A DNA stretch of 64,000 nucleotides from an uncultured Propionibacteriaceae bacterium (GTDB taxonomy: Bacteria; Actinomycetota; Actinomycetes; Propionibacteriales; Propionibacteriaceae): NCBI GenBank assembly GCA_937926975.1, contig CALBCJ010000032.1, positions 2,355-66,354 on the forward strand, read 5' to 3'. Both the position numbers and the translations under genes were made by a program. Below are positions 51,539-60,210 of this stretch, piece after piece. Every line of letters begins with the position of its first letter. Within the stretch, counting starts at the first letter, position 1. Below the pieces are notes generated by a model. It was not told the DNA's origin. It did not search any database and saw only the letters and a program-made list of their open reading frames with translations.

Positions 51539-52360
51539 TCAGTCGACCTTGGGTTCTGCCCTCTCGCCGAGCTCCCGTACGGCTCGCTCCAGGGACTTCC
51601 GGAACAGGTCGACCCGGGGATGCGCGGGGTCCAGCTTCTTCGCCACGGCGAGGTTCTCCCTGAACAGCTGGACCGCATCGCTTGCCCGCCCCGCATGCCA
51701 GGAAGCGACAGCGAGATTGTGACGGCTGGCCAGGGTGTCGGAGTGAGTGGGGCCAAGAACCCGCTCACGCTCGGCAGCAGCTCGCTCCAGCAGCTCGACC
51801 GCAGACTGAACCTGTCCGGCGGCGAGAAGTGCCAGGCCGAGAGTGGTGCTGCCCTGGATGCGATCGGGGGGCGAGTCGATCGTGCTGAGGGCAGCCTCGG
51901 CCTCGGAGAAGTGCCAGCAGGCGGCTAGCCAGCGCAGGTGCATCAGTCGGGCTGCCGGGGTGCCGAGCTCGGCGTCGAGGCGCTCGGCCCGGGCCAGCCA
52001 GGGATCGTTGGTATCGCCCAGCGGGACGTCGCCGACCTCGGCCAGGGCGGCGTCGAGCAGCCAGAGCCGGGTCGCGACCAGGCCGTCCGGCTCGCCCGCG
52101 CGCAGCTCGATCGCCTGGCGCAGGCTGCTCGGCAGGGCCATCACCGGCCCGGCGTCCCCGGTGCAGGCTGCGGCCAGGGCGTCCTCGACTCGGCCCAGCA
52201 GGTCCAGCGACGGGCGGCGCGACTCGGGCAGGGCGGTCAGCTGGCGAACCAGCCCGCCGACCTCGTCACGGTCGAGGGCCAGCAGGGCGGCCTGGCCGTA
52301 CTCGTTCTGGCTGGAGCGCAGCTGGTCGGGGTCGAACCAGTGGACCAGGAAGTCGACCAC
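51539..52360 (-). CDS. tetratricopeptide-repeat protein
   Basis: C-terminal TPR-like units (LGPTHSDTLASRHNLAVASWHAGRASDAVQLFRENLAV). GTG start lies 13 nt after the ATPase stop. Confidence 0.7.
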   Translation of the reverse strand: MVDFLVHWFDPDQLRSSQNEYGQAALLALDRDEVGGLVRQLTALPESRRPSLDLLGRVEDALAAACTGDAGPVMALPSSLRQAIELRAGEPDGLVATRLWLLDAALAEVGDVPLGDTNDPWLARAERLDAELGTPAARLMHLRWLAACWHFSEAEAALSTIDSPPDRIQGSTTLGLALLAAGQVQSAVELLERAAAERERVLGPTHSDTLASRHNLAVASWHAGRASDAVQLFRENLAVAKKLDPAHPRVDLFRKSLERAVRELGERAEPKVD

Positions 52361-52373
52361 CAGCGGCAGTGGC

Positions 52374-53534
52374 TCACCCTGGGAGGTCCTTGATCTGGAA
52401 GGCGAGCCGGGCCAGCGGCTCGGCCAGCTCGTAGTAGGTGCTGCGCCGGTCGAGCAGGTCAGCGAAGACCGTCGACACCGGGGTCAGCCAGCCCCGCTCG
52501 CGAAGGTCGCTCACCGCCTTGGCGACACTGCGCTGGTCAGCCCCGACCCGCACAGCCAGCTCCTTCACCGGCAGCGGCCGGTCGGCACCGGCCAACTCGG
52601 CCACAACGAGGCGCTGCTGGGGGGAGAGCCGGGCCAGCTGCTCTTGGTAGAAGGGCGTGAGGTCATCGAACCGGTTCAGCAGCAGCTCGCTCAGGTCGCG
52701 CAGGTCATCAACGGTGAGGGCACTGCCCAGGATCGCCCACAGCCGCGGCTGCCCACCGGCCAGGTGCGCGATGGTGTGGATCCGAGCCAGGTCCCGGTCT
52801 CCCTCCAGCCGCTGCCGCAGCTCGGTGCTGCCGGCCTCCTCGGCCAGGGCGCGCAGCATCTCCCGGGCCTCCTCCGGGGTGAACGGGAGCAGCCGGACCA
52901 CGTCGAAGAAGCCGAAGAACGGACTGTCATGGTGCGTCAGGCTGCGGTCGAGCCGGGTGGTGGTCGCGACCAGCAGCACCTCGGACTCGGTCTGCAGCAG
53001 GTGCCGCAGCTGCTGCTGGCCCTGGTCAGCGAGGCTGTCGAGAACCTGGTCGAGGTTCTCGGCCAGCACCAGCACCGGCCCGTGCTCATGGATGCTGGCC
53101 CGCAGCCTCGCCTCCAGCTCTGGCACGCCCAGCCCACGTGGCTCCGGCTCTCCGGTGATCTTCCCCAGCACAGCGGCCAGCAGCCGCCCGTACGAGACCA
53201 GCGTCCACGGGTCCTCCGGCAGCCACGCGACCTGGACCCGGTCGCCGACCAGCCGCCGGGTCCGGTGGTAGACCAGCGAGACCAGGTGCGTCTTGCCCGA
53301 GCCCCGCGGCCCGACCAGCAGCGTGTGGTGCGGGCTGGGGGTCTCGCCCAGCTCATCCACCCGGGCCATCAGCTGGTCGAGCACCGGCTGACGGACCACG
53401 AAGAGCCGCTCCAGCCGGTCTGCCGGCATGGTCGACGGAGTGAACCGGGAGAAGACGCTCGCCCCGCGCCGGTCTCGGCGGCTGTCGGTCATCGTTCCTT
53501 CCACCCCTTCACCCGGGCGCTGGTCGGCACTCAT
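52374..53534 (-). CDS. STAND/Orc-Cdc6-like P-loop ATPase with C-terminal winged helix
   Basis: FVVRQPVLDQL lead-in, Walker A GPRGSGKTH, Walker B VLVLAENLD. C-terminal MarR-like wHTH (LSPQQRLVVAELAG...LPVKELAVRVGADQRSVAKAVSDLRERGWL). ATGA coupling to the upstream ORF. Confidence 0.75.
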   Translation of the reverse strand: MSADQRPGEGVEGTMTDSRRDRRGASVFSRFTPSTMPADRLERLFVVRQPVLDQLMARVDELGETPSPHHTLLVGPRGSGKTHLVSLVYHRTRRLVGDRVQVAWLPEDPWTLVSYGRLLAAVLGKITGEPEPRGLGVPELEARLRASIHEHGPVLVLAENLDQVLDSLADQGQQQLRHLLQTESEVLLVATTTRLDRSLTHHDSPFFGFFDVVRLLPFTPEEAREMLRALAEEAGSTELRQRLEGDRDLARIHTIAHLAGGQPRLWAILGSALTVDDLRDLSELLLNRFDDLTPFYQEQLARLSPQQRLVVAELAGADRPLPVKELAVRVGADQRSVAKAVSDLRERGWLTPVSTVFADLLDRRSTYYELAEPLARLAFQIKDLPG

Positions 53535-53878
53535 GGCCGGTCCCACAGCCGACGGCTCCGGGCCCAGATGTACTGCAGAGCCGGGTAGCGCCACCGCAGC
53601 GACCGGCCGCGCTGCTCCAGGTAGTGGTCCCGGACCAGGTCATCGACGATCATCAAGGTCTCCTTCCGGTCGGGCAGCAGGTCGATCGAGACCCAGTCGT
53701 GGCTCCTGGTCACCACCGTGTCGAGGACCTTCATGGCGAGGTCACTGTGCTCGCCGTAGTAGGGCTTGACCCGGCGCTCGAAGTCGTCAAACCAGGCGAC
53801 TGCCCCTTCGTCGATGAGGTCCTCGAAGCAGACTCCGCTGGTGCCCGCGTCCGTACGCTGGTTCATGGCCGAGGCCAT
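53531..53878 (-). CDS. small hypothetical protein, first gene of the ATPase/TPR operon
   Basis: ATG at 53878 preceded by GGGAGG. 115 aa. No family recognised. Confidence 0.5.
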   Translation of the reverse strand: MASAMNQRTDAGTSGVCFEDLIDEGAVAWFDDFERRVKPYYGEHSDLAMKVLDTVVTRSHDWVSIDLLPDRKETLMIVDDLVRDHYLEQRGRSLRWRYPALQYIWARSRRLWDRP

Positions 53879-53892
53879 AGCGACCTCCCATG

Positions 53893-53934
53893 TACGTGAG
53901 ACTCCACGTACAAACATACGGGAGACTCTCCGTA
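53893..53934 (-). promoter_or_regulatory. two 18-bp operator-like repeats
   Basis: In the gene orientation: TACGGAGAGTCTCCCGTA, 6 nt, TACGTGGAGTCTCACGTA, ending 14 nt before the ATG. Each has TACG..CGTA arms and a GAGTCTC core. Confidence 0.45.
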
Positions 53935-54029
53935 CAGTGCCAGGACGTCGGGCGTACCGCAGTCACCGTGGGCGAGAGGATGTCGCGGGTGCTGGCGCCG
54001 GTGGTCGGTACACTGGGGCGCGCAGGACC

Positions 54030-54105
54030 AGTCCCCATCGTCTAGCGGCCTAGGACACCGCCCTTTCAAGGCGGTTGCGCCGGTTCGAATCCGGTTGGGG
54101 ATGCC
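54030..54105 (+). tRNA. tRNA-Glu (anticodon UUC), CCA encoded
   Basis: GTCCCCATCGTCTAGCGGCCTAGGACACCGCCCTTTCAAGGCGG...TTCGAATCCGGTTGGGGATGCCA. Anticodon loop CTTTCAA. Confidence 0.9.
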
Positions 54106-54251
54106 AGAAGCCCGCCACGGTTGTGGTGGTGGCTCGCGGTGAGCCTCGACCCGTGCTGGCCAGTGTCGGGCCTTGTCAGAACCGAGTGGCGCTGGCTGCT
54201 CCGGTCCGGCTATAGTTCTCAGGGCCCGGCAAGCCGGGTTGGTCTGCACAA

Positions 54252-54325
54252 GGCCCCGTGGCGCAGTTGGTTAGCGCGCCGCCCTGTCACGGCGGAGGTC
54301 GCGGGTTCGAGTCCCGTCGGGGTCG
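54252..54325 (+). tRNA. tRNA-Asp (anticodon GUC)
   Basis: GGCCCCGTGGCGCAGTTGGTTAGCGCGCCGCCCTGTCACGGCGG...TTCGAGTCCCGTCGGGGTCG. Confidence 0.9.
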
Positions 54326-54337
54326 CTTGGCAGACTC

Positions 54338-54411
54338 GGCCAGGTAGCTCAGCTGGTAGCAGCGTTCGCCTGAAAAGTGAAAGGTCGCCGGTTCGACCCC
54401 GGCCCTGGCCA
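54338..54411 (+). tRNA. tRNA-Phe (anticodon GAA)
   Basis: GGCCAGGTAGCTCAGCTGGTAGCAGCGTTCGCCTGAAAAGTGAA...TTCGACCCCGGCCCTGGCCA. The D arm pairs less cleanly than usual. Confidence 0.85.
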
Positions 54412-54607
54412 CTCCCTCTGCCCGTGGTGAGCTCCCGATCGTCCTCAGAACCCCGTCTGTGACGGTTATTTCAACCTGTACACGGATCTTCGGTTTTGCC
54501 GCCGGTCGGAGGGCCTGACCGAGTACCGGCTACCACGCTGACGCTGGTGCTCCGTACTCTTCATCTCCTTCTCACGAAGCACTAGTTGAACCTTGGATTG
54601 ACCTATC

Positions 54608-55381
54608 GTGAGGGACGTGGACGCAATTTTCTTGAAGACCAAGCCGGCGGGGCCGACCGCTTTCGAGTACGAGTCAGCCGGGCTGGAGTGGCTGCGGGCC
54701 GCGGGGGAGGACGCAGCTCACGTCGTACCGGTGATCCAGGTGTCAGCGACGAGGCTGACCCTGCGCCGACTCGACCACGCTGCCACCACCGAGGCCGCGG
54801 CCGTCGACTTCGGCCGCCGCCTGGCCCGTACCCATGACGCCGGAGCGGAGGCCTTCGGCAGCCCTCCGGAGGGCTGGGAAGGGGACGGCTGGATCGGGAT
54901 TCTGCCGATGCCGCTGGTTCCCGAGCCCACGTGGGGTCTGTTCTATGCGCGGCACCGCTGCCGCCCGTTCCTGGAGCGGGCCCGGGAGCGGGGAACGGTG
55001 GGCCCGCCGCAGCTGAAGGTCCTGGAGCAGGTACTGGCCAGGATCGAGGCGGGGGTCTTCGACGACCAGGCTCCTCCGGCGCGGCTCCACGGCGACCTCT
55101 GGTCGGGCAACCTGATCCCGACCAGCAACGGCTTCACCCTGATCGACCCGGCCGCCCACGGCGGGCACCGGATCACCGACCTGGCGATGCTCTGCTTGTT
55201 CGGGGCACCTCGACTGGAGAGCATCCTGAGGGGGTATGAGGCGGAGACCACCCAGCTGCCCCGTGACTGGCGCCGGCTGGTCCCGCTGCACCAGCTTCAC
55301 CCCCTGCTGGTGCATGCCGCCATCTTCGAGGACGAGGGCTACGCCGTCCGCGCCGCGGCCGGGGCTCGGCAGTACCTGTGA
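54608..55381 (+). CDS. fructosamine/ketosamine kinase family protein
   Basis: LHGDLWSGN catalytic-loop motif and LIDPAAHGGHRITDLAM block. Confidence 0.85.
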   Translation: MRDVDAIFLKTKPAGPTAFEYESAGLEWLRAAGEDAAHVVPVIQVSATRLTLRRLDHAATTEAAAVDFGRRLARTHDAGAEAFGSPPEGWEGDGWIGILPMPLVPEPTWGLFYARHRCRPFLERARERGTVGPPQLKVLEQVLARIEAGVFDDQAPPARLHGDLWSGNLIPTSNGFTLIDPAAHGGHRITDLAMLCLFGAPRLESILRGYEAETTQLPRDWRRLVPLHQLHPLLVHAAIFEDEGYAVRAAAGARQYL

Positions 55382-55420
55382 GCGGCGCCCGGCGCAGGCT
55401 CGGGCTCATCGCCGAGCCGC

Positions 55421-56428
55421 TCAGCGCAGGTAGGCGCCCTCCCAGCGGCGGACCTCGTCGAAGAACCGGGCCCGGACGGGAGGGGCAGACAAGGTGAGGT
55501 CGTGCACCCCGCCCTCCACCCGGACCAGGGTGAGGTGGCGCCCCAGGTTGGGGGCCTGAGCCGCCAGCCGCTCCACATCGAGAACGATGTCGCAGCGGCT
55601 CGGCTCATCGGACCAGCGCCGACGGAAGCTGGAGCGGGCCGAGACCAGCATCAGCACCGGGCAGTCGATCTGCAGCCCCTCGCTCACCCGGTTGTGGCCG
55701 TCCATCACCGCGCGCAGCCAGCCGGAGCGAACCGGCTGGGTGGGGTTGGTCTTCACGGTCAGGTCCCAGTCCCACTCGCCGCCGTGGCTGGTGTGCAGCG
55801 CACGGCCGTAGAAGCCGTTGTCGCGTGCCGGGATCGGCCAGGTCGCGGCCCGGGTGGCCAGGCTGCGGACGATGGGGGCGGCGATGGCGCGCACCAGGGC
55901 CGAGCTCTGCAGGTCGATCCAGGGTGAGTTGAGCACCACCCCGGTGACCAGCCCCGGGCGCCGGTGCGCCCAGAGCGCCCCGACCAGCCCTCCGGTGGAG
56001 TGGGCGCAGAGCACGACCTGGGCGTGGTGACGGTGCAGCCGGTCCACGGCCGCGTCGATCTCGAGGTCGTAGTCCTCAAGGTCGTCGACGTACCCGGGCA
56101 GCTCGCCGGGGTGCAGGCTGCGTCCGTACCGGCGAAGGTCGAGGGCGTAGAAGTCATAGCCCAGGTCGTCCCAGAAGTCAGCCAGGTGCGTCTGGAAGAA
56201 GTAGTCGTTCCAGCCGTGCAGGTACAGCACCGCCCGCGGGTGGCGGGGCCGGTTGCGCCGCACCAGGGTTGCGGTCAGGCAGCCGTCGCTCTCCTCGGGG
56301 TAGCGCCGGGCGGCGAGCAGCCTGAGGTCACGGCTGCGGTAGCCAGGGAGAAACCGGTCGTCCTGCCAAGAGTCCCAGCGCACCGAGTCGGCAGGGTCCG
56401 CCGACGGGTCGGGCCCGGTCGTCGACAA
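55421..56428 (-). CDS. alpha/beta hydrolase (lysophospholipase / S33-like)
   Basis: YLHGWNDYF oxyanion region and nucleophile elbow CAHSTGG. Confidence 0.85.
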   Translation of the reverse strand: MSTTGPDPSADPADSVRWDSWQDDRFLPGYRSRDLRLLAARRYPEESDGCLTATLVRRNRPRHPRAVLYLHGWNDYFFQTHLADFWDDLGYDFYALDLRRYGRSLHPGELPGYVDDLEDYDLEIDAAVDRLHRHHAQVVLCAHSTGGLVGALWAHRRPGLVTGVVLNSPWIDLQSSALVRAIAAPIVRSLATRAATWPIPARDNGFYGRALHTSHGGEWDWDLTVKTNPTQPVRSGWLRAVMDGHNRVSEGLQIDCPVLMLVSARSSFRRRWSDEPSRCDIVLDVERLAAQAPNLGRHLTLVRVEGGVHDLTLSAPPVRARFFDEVRRWEGAYLR

Positions 56429-56442
56429 CCGCGACGCCGGCG

Positions 56443-56673
56443 TCAGCCCGAGCGCCGCATCTGCAGCGCGTCGCCCTCGTCGTCGTCGCCCTCGTCGCTG
56501 TACGCCTCGTACTGAGCGGCGATGTCTGCGTACGCGTCGGGGATGCCCGGCTCGGGCATGTCGTCGGTACCACGGAGCTCACGCTCCAGGGAGGAGAAGT
56601 CCGTCGACACCGACCGGTACTTCAACTCGCGGGCAACCTTCGTCTGCTTCGCCTTCGCACGGCCGCGCCCCAT
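56443..56673 (-). CDS. DUF3073 family small protein
   Basis: MGRGRAKAKQTKVARELKY start and acidic C-terminus, a conserved actinobacterial family. Confidence 0.8.
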   Translation of the reverse strand: MGRGRAKAKQTKVARELKYRSVSTDFSSLERELRGTDDMPEPGIPDAYADIAAQYEAYSDEGDDDEGDALQMRRSG

Positions 56674-56897
56674 AGAGCCAGCCCCCTCGCCTGTCATCGC
56701 TCGCGGAGTGGCCGCGGCTCATGTCTGATTAGTTCGTGGGGCACAGATTACCGGGTCAGGCCCGATGATCCAACCTGAGCAGCCAGGATCGGGACGATGA
56801 CTTTGAACACGCCTCCGCGTCGCTGCGGGCCTGGTGGAGGAGCGCCCGTCAAGGCACTCACTGGCTGAGGGCCGCAGTTGGTCGTTGCCGGTGGACT

Positions 56898-59120
56898 TTG
56901 TACGCTGCACTGGTGAGCCAGCACGGGCAGGGGCCGGGCCGGGGAGCCGGCGAGCCGCAGTCCCCGACGAGTCCCGCGCCACCTCAGAAGACCCCCGGGC
57001 CGCTGTGGCGGCGGGTACGGGGGCGCCTCACAGTACCGAGTGCCCTGACCGGGCAGATTCCCCGAGCTCTGCGTCGTCTCCCTGTCGGTGAGGCCTGGCA
57101 GCAGATCCGCTCCGGCGTCGCCCGGGCGGGTTCTCGGCCGCACGCTGGGGAGGCCAGGGCGGTCCCTGAGGGCCAGCCCGCTCCAGAGAGGACCACTGGG
57201 CTCCCGGCCGTGACCCGGCCAGAGGCCGAGACTGCGGACCACTCGGCCCAGCCGCCCGAGCCGGAGACCGAGCAGTCGAAGACCGAGCCGCGTACGGAGC
57301 AGGGCCAGCCAGAGCCGGGTACGGACGTGGTCGAGCCCGCCGGTGAGGAGCCGGTGGCTGATGGTGAGCCGGAGCCTGACGGGAAGATTGAGCCTGCCGG
57401 TGAGGAGCCGGTGGAGCCTGGGGGGCTGGGTCCTGACGACGGTCCCGGGTCTGGTGGTGAGCCGGAGTCGGACGAGGCCCTCGGGCCCGACGGTGAGCCG
57501 GAGCCTGACGATGAGCCTGGGCCTGAAGGTGAGCCTGACGGGGAGGCCGAGCCTAGCGAGGAGCCCGAGGCTGAGGGGGAGCGGGAGCCCGACGACCAGG
57601 GTGTGGAGGCTGCCGGTGAGGTGCCGGACCTCGAGGGACCGGGGAAGCCCGGACCGGGCGAGAGCGACCCGGCTGATGCAGCTGGGGACAGCTCCGCCGC
57701 GGACGAGGGCGCCGAGTCCGACTCTCCCGACGTAGCCGACGACCGGGACCAGACGCCCGAGGACGAGCCGGACGCGGCTGCTGGCGGCCTGCCCGACTCC
57801 GAGACCGAGACCGGCACGAGCGATGGTGGCACGACCGGCGGTGATGACGACGACGCACCGGGGGAGAGCGACGCAGAGCCTGGCGCTGCCGTCGAGGTCG
57901 GGGCTGAGGCCGAGGGAGAAGAGCTCGAGGTCGGTGATGCCGAGGGCACTTCGAAGGTCCATGGCCCGGACGCTGAGGGTACGACCGGTGAGGAGGCCGA
58001 GGATGCCCTCGACACAGACGCCGGTGCCGCTGACGCCGAGGACGCCGGTGCCGAGGAAGCTGATGCCGAGGACGCCGCTGACACGAGCGAGACCGAGACG
58101 GAGGACGGGGCTGCGCTGACTCCCGTCCTGGCGGACGAGGTGGCTGTCGGCGAGGCAGAGGACCTCGTTGAGGAGTCGGGCTCGGCTGAGGAGTCGGACT
58201 CGGCTGAGGCCGTGGATGAGGTCGAGGCTGCGGATGAGGCGGAGGCCAAGACCGGTGATCGGGCCGCCGGTGCCGCGGCGGTCGCTGCGGCTGCCGACGA
58301 TGGCGCTGCCGGTGCTGGTGCGGCGGTGGAAGCCGGTACTGGTGCGGATGCCGTTGAGACTGGTGCCGCTGCCGAGGCCGTGGATGAGGCCGATCCCGGT
58401 GGTGTCGCTGAGGCTGAGGTCGAGCCCGGCGTCGCTGAGGACGTGGCTGATGGGGTCACCGACGTCGACGCGGATGTCCTTGCCGGCCTCGGCGCTTCGG
58501 CTTGGGGTGGTGCAGCCGATGACCCCGATGACGACACCAGTGACGAGTCAGGAGCCCAGGCCGCCTGGCCCGCGCTCCCCGGCGCGCCCGTCAGAGTCCC
58601 CGTACACCTCACCGCCCGGGCTAACCGGTCCTTCCAGCACCTGGTCTGGATCCTGCGGCTGGCCACAGGCGTTCTCCTAGTGCTGCTGGCCGTGGTCGGG
58701 TTCCTGACCCGAGCCGACTCCGGCGCGGTCGTGGTGACCCTGCTCGGCCTGGCGGCTCCGGCGTCACTGGCCTGGGTCCTGCTCCGGCTCCACCGGATCC
58801 AGCAGGCCCGTGACGACGGCCAGCCGCTGATGGTGCTCGACCGGGGCGGGATCACGCTCTTCGAGACCGAGGTGGTCTGCCGGATCCCGTGGACTGCCTT
58901 CTCCCACTCGCTCTGGCGGGCCAGCAGTGGCAGGCAGGTCCTGGTCCTCGTCCTGGACGACGAGCCCCGACGCCGGCTGCCGGGGCTGCAGTGCTCCTGG
59001 CTGCGGTTCCGTACCCTCCGGCGGGCTGGGGTCCAGATCGTCGAGGGCTCCACCGTCGAGCCGTTCGAAGACCTGGTCGAGGCGGTCTACCTGATGAGCG
59101 GAGGCCGGCTGGCCGCGTAG
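56898..59120 (+). CDS. very acidic low-complexity protein with C-terminal two-TM plus PH-like domain (start uncertain)
   Basis: About 480 aa of D/E/P/G/A-rich repeats (EPEPD, AEDA types). These are followed by hydrophobic helices (LVWILRLATGVLLVLLAVVGF, VVVTLLGLAAPASLAWVLL) and a globular tail. Only non-ATG start candidates (TTG 56898, GTG 56913). Confidence 0.45.
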   Translation: MYAALVSQHGQGPGRGAGEPQSPTSPAPPQKTPGPLWRRVRGRLTVPSALTGQIPRALRRLPVGEAWQQIRSGVARAGSRPHAGEARAVPEGQPAPERTTGLPAVTRPEAETADHSAQPPEPETEQSKTEPRTEQGQPEPGTDVVEPAGEEPVADGEPEPDGKIEPAGEEPVEPGGLGPDDGPGSGGEPESDEALGPDGEPEPDDEPGPEGEPDGEAEPSEEPEAEGEREPDDQGVEAAGEVPDLEGPGKPGPGESDPADAAGDSSAADEGAESDSPDVADDRDQTPEDEPDAAAGGLPDSETETGTSDGGTTGGDDDDAPGESDAEPGAAVEVGAEAEGEELEVGDAEGTSKVHGPDAEGTTGEEAEDALDTDAGAADAEDAGAEEADAEDAADTSETETEDGAALTPVLADEVAVGEAEDLVEESGSAEESDSAEAVDEVEAADEAEAKTGDRAAGAAAVAAAADDGAAGAGAAVEAGTGADAVETGAAAEAVDEADPGGVAEAEVEPGVAEDVADGVTDVDADVLAGLGASAWGGAADDPDDDTSDESGAQAAWPALPGAPVRVPVHLTARANRSFQHLVWILRLATGVLLVLLAVVGFLTRADSGAVVVTLLGLAAPASLAWVLLRLHRIQQARDDGQPLMVLDRGGITLFETEVVCRIPWTAFSHSLWRASSGRQVLVLVLDDEPRRRLPGLQCSWLRFRTLRRAGVQIVEGSTVEPFEDLVEAVYLMSGGRLAA

Positions 59121-59160
59121 CGGACCAGGCGGCGACCCTCCAGTGCTGGCCGCGTCCGGG

Positions 59161-60210
59161 CTACCCGACGGGGTGGCTGCCAGTCATCCGTACGCTGCCG
59201 TCACCCTCGCCGACCTCGCCCAGCACCCAGGAGTCGACGCCCCGCTCGGCGAGCAGCCGTACGGCCGGGTCGACCTGGTCGGCGGGCAGCACCACCGCCA
59301 TCCCGACGCCCATGTTGAGGGTCGCCTCCAGGTCCGGCTGGCTGACCTCACCCAGCCGCTGCACCAGGGAGAAGACCGGCGCCGGCGACCAGGTCGCCCG
59401 GTCCAGCCGGGCGGACAGGTGCTCCGGCAGCACCCGGGCCAGGTTGCTCGCCAGCCCGCCACCGGTGATGTGGCTCATCGCGTGCACCTCGACCGCGGCG
59501 GCCAGGTCCAGCACGTCCTTCGCGTACACCCGGGTCGGCTCCAGCAGCTCCTCACCCAGGGTCCGTCCCAGCTCCGGCAGGTGCTGGTCCAGCCGCAGCC
59601 CCGCCTGCTGCAGCAGCACCGCCCGGACCAGGGAGTAGCCGTTCGAGTGCAGCCCAGACGAGGCCAGCGCCAGCACCACGTCACCGGCCACCACCCGCTG
59701 CGGGCCGAGGACCTCATCAGCCTCCACCACCCCGGTGGTGGCGCCCGCAACGTCGTACTCGTCAGCGGCCAGCAGCCCCGGGTGCTCGGCGGTCTCGCCG
59801 CCCAGCAGCGCCGCTCCCGCCGCCGTACAGGCCGCCGCAATGCCAGACACGATCGCCGCCACCCGCTCCGGAACCAGGACCCCGCAGGCGATGTAGTCGG
59901 TGACGAAGAGCGGCTCAGCGCCCACCACGACCAGGTCGTCGACCAGCATCCCGACCAGGTCCCAGCCGATCGTGTGGTGGATGCCGAGCGCCTGGGCGAT
60001 CGCCACCTTGGTGCCCACCCCGTCGGTCGAGGTGGCCAGCACCGGCTTGCGGTACGAGCGCAGCGCGCTGGCGTCGAAGAGCCCGGCGAAACCGCCCAGG
60101 CCGCCCACCACCTCCGGCCGGTGGGTGGCGCGGACCTGCTCCTTCATCAGCTCGACGGCACGGTCACCGGCCTCGATGTCGACACCCGCCCGGGCGTACG
60201 CACTGGTCAC
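59161..60210 (-). CDS. purM: phosphoribosylformylglycinamidine cyclo-ligase
   Basis: YARAGVDIEAGD start, DGVGTK and AHITGGG-type block (SHITGGGL). Confidence 0.95.
   Translation of the reverse strand: MTSAYARAGVDIEAGDRAVELMKEQVRATHRPEVVGGLGGFAGLFDASALRSYRKPVLATSTDGVGTKVAIAQALGIHHTIGWDLVGMLVDDLVVVGAEPLFVTDYIACGVLVPERVAAIVSGIAAACTAAGAALLGGETAEHPGLLAADEYDVAGATTGVVEADEVLGPQRVVAGDVVLALASSGLHSNGYSLVRAVLLQQAGLRLDQHLPELGRTLGEELLEPTRVYAKDVLDLAAAVEVHAMSHITGGGLASNLARVLPEHLSARLDRATWSPAPVFSLVQRLGEVSQPDLEATLNMGVGMAVVLPADQVDPAVRLLAERGVDSWVLGEVGEGDGSVRMTGSHPVG

Noticed and set aside
46577-54411. Genomic island bounded by tRNA-Lys and the tRNA-Glu/Asp/Phe cluster
   Set aside because: There is no integrase, recombinase or transposase, and I could find no direct repeat of a tRNA 3' end. 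The genes have host-like composition. Kept only as context.
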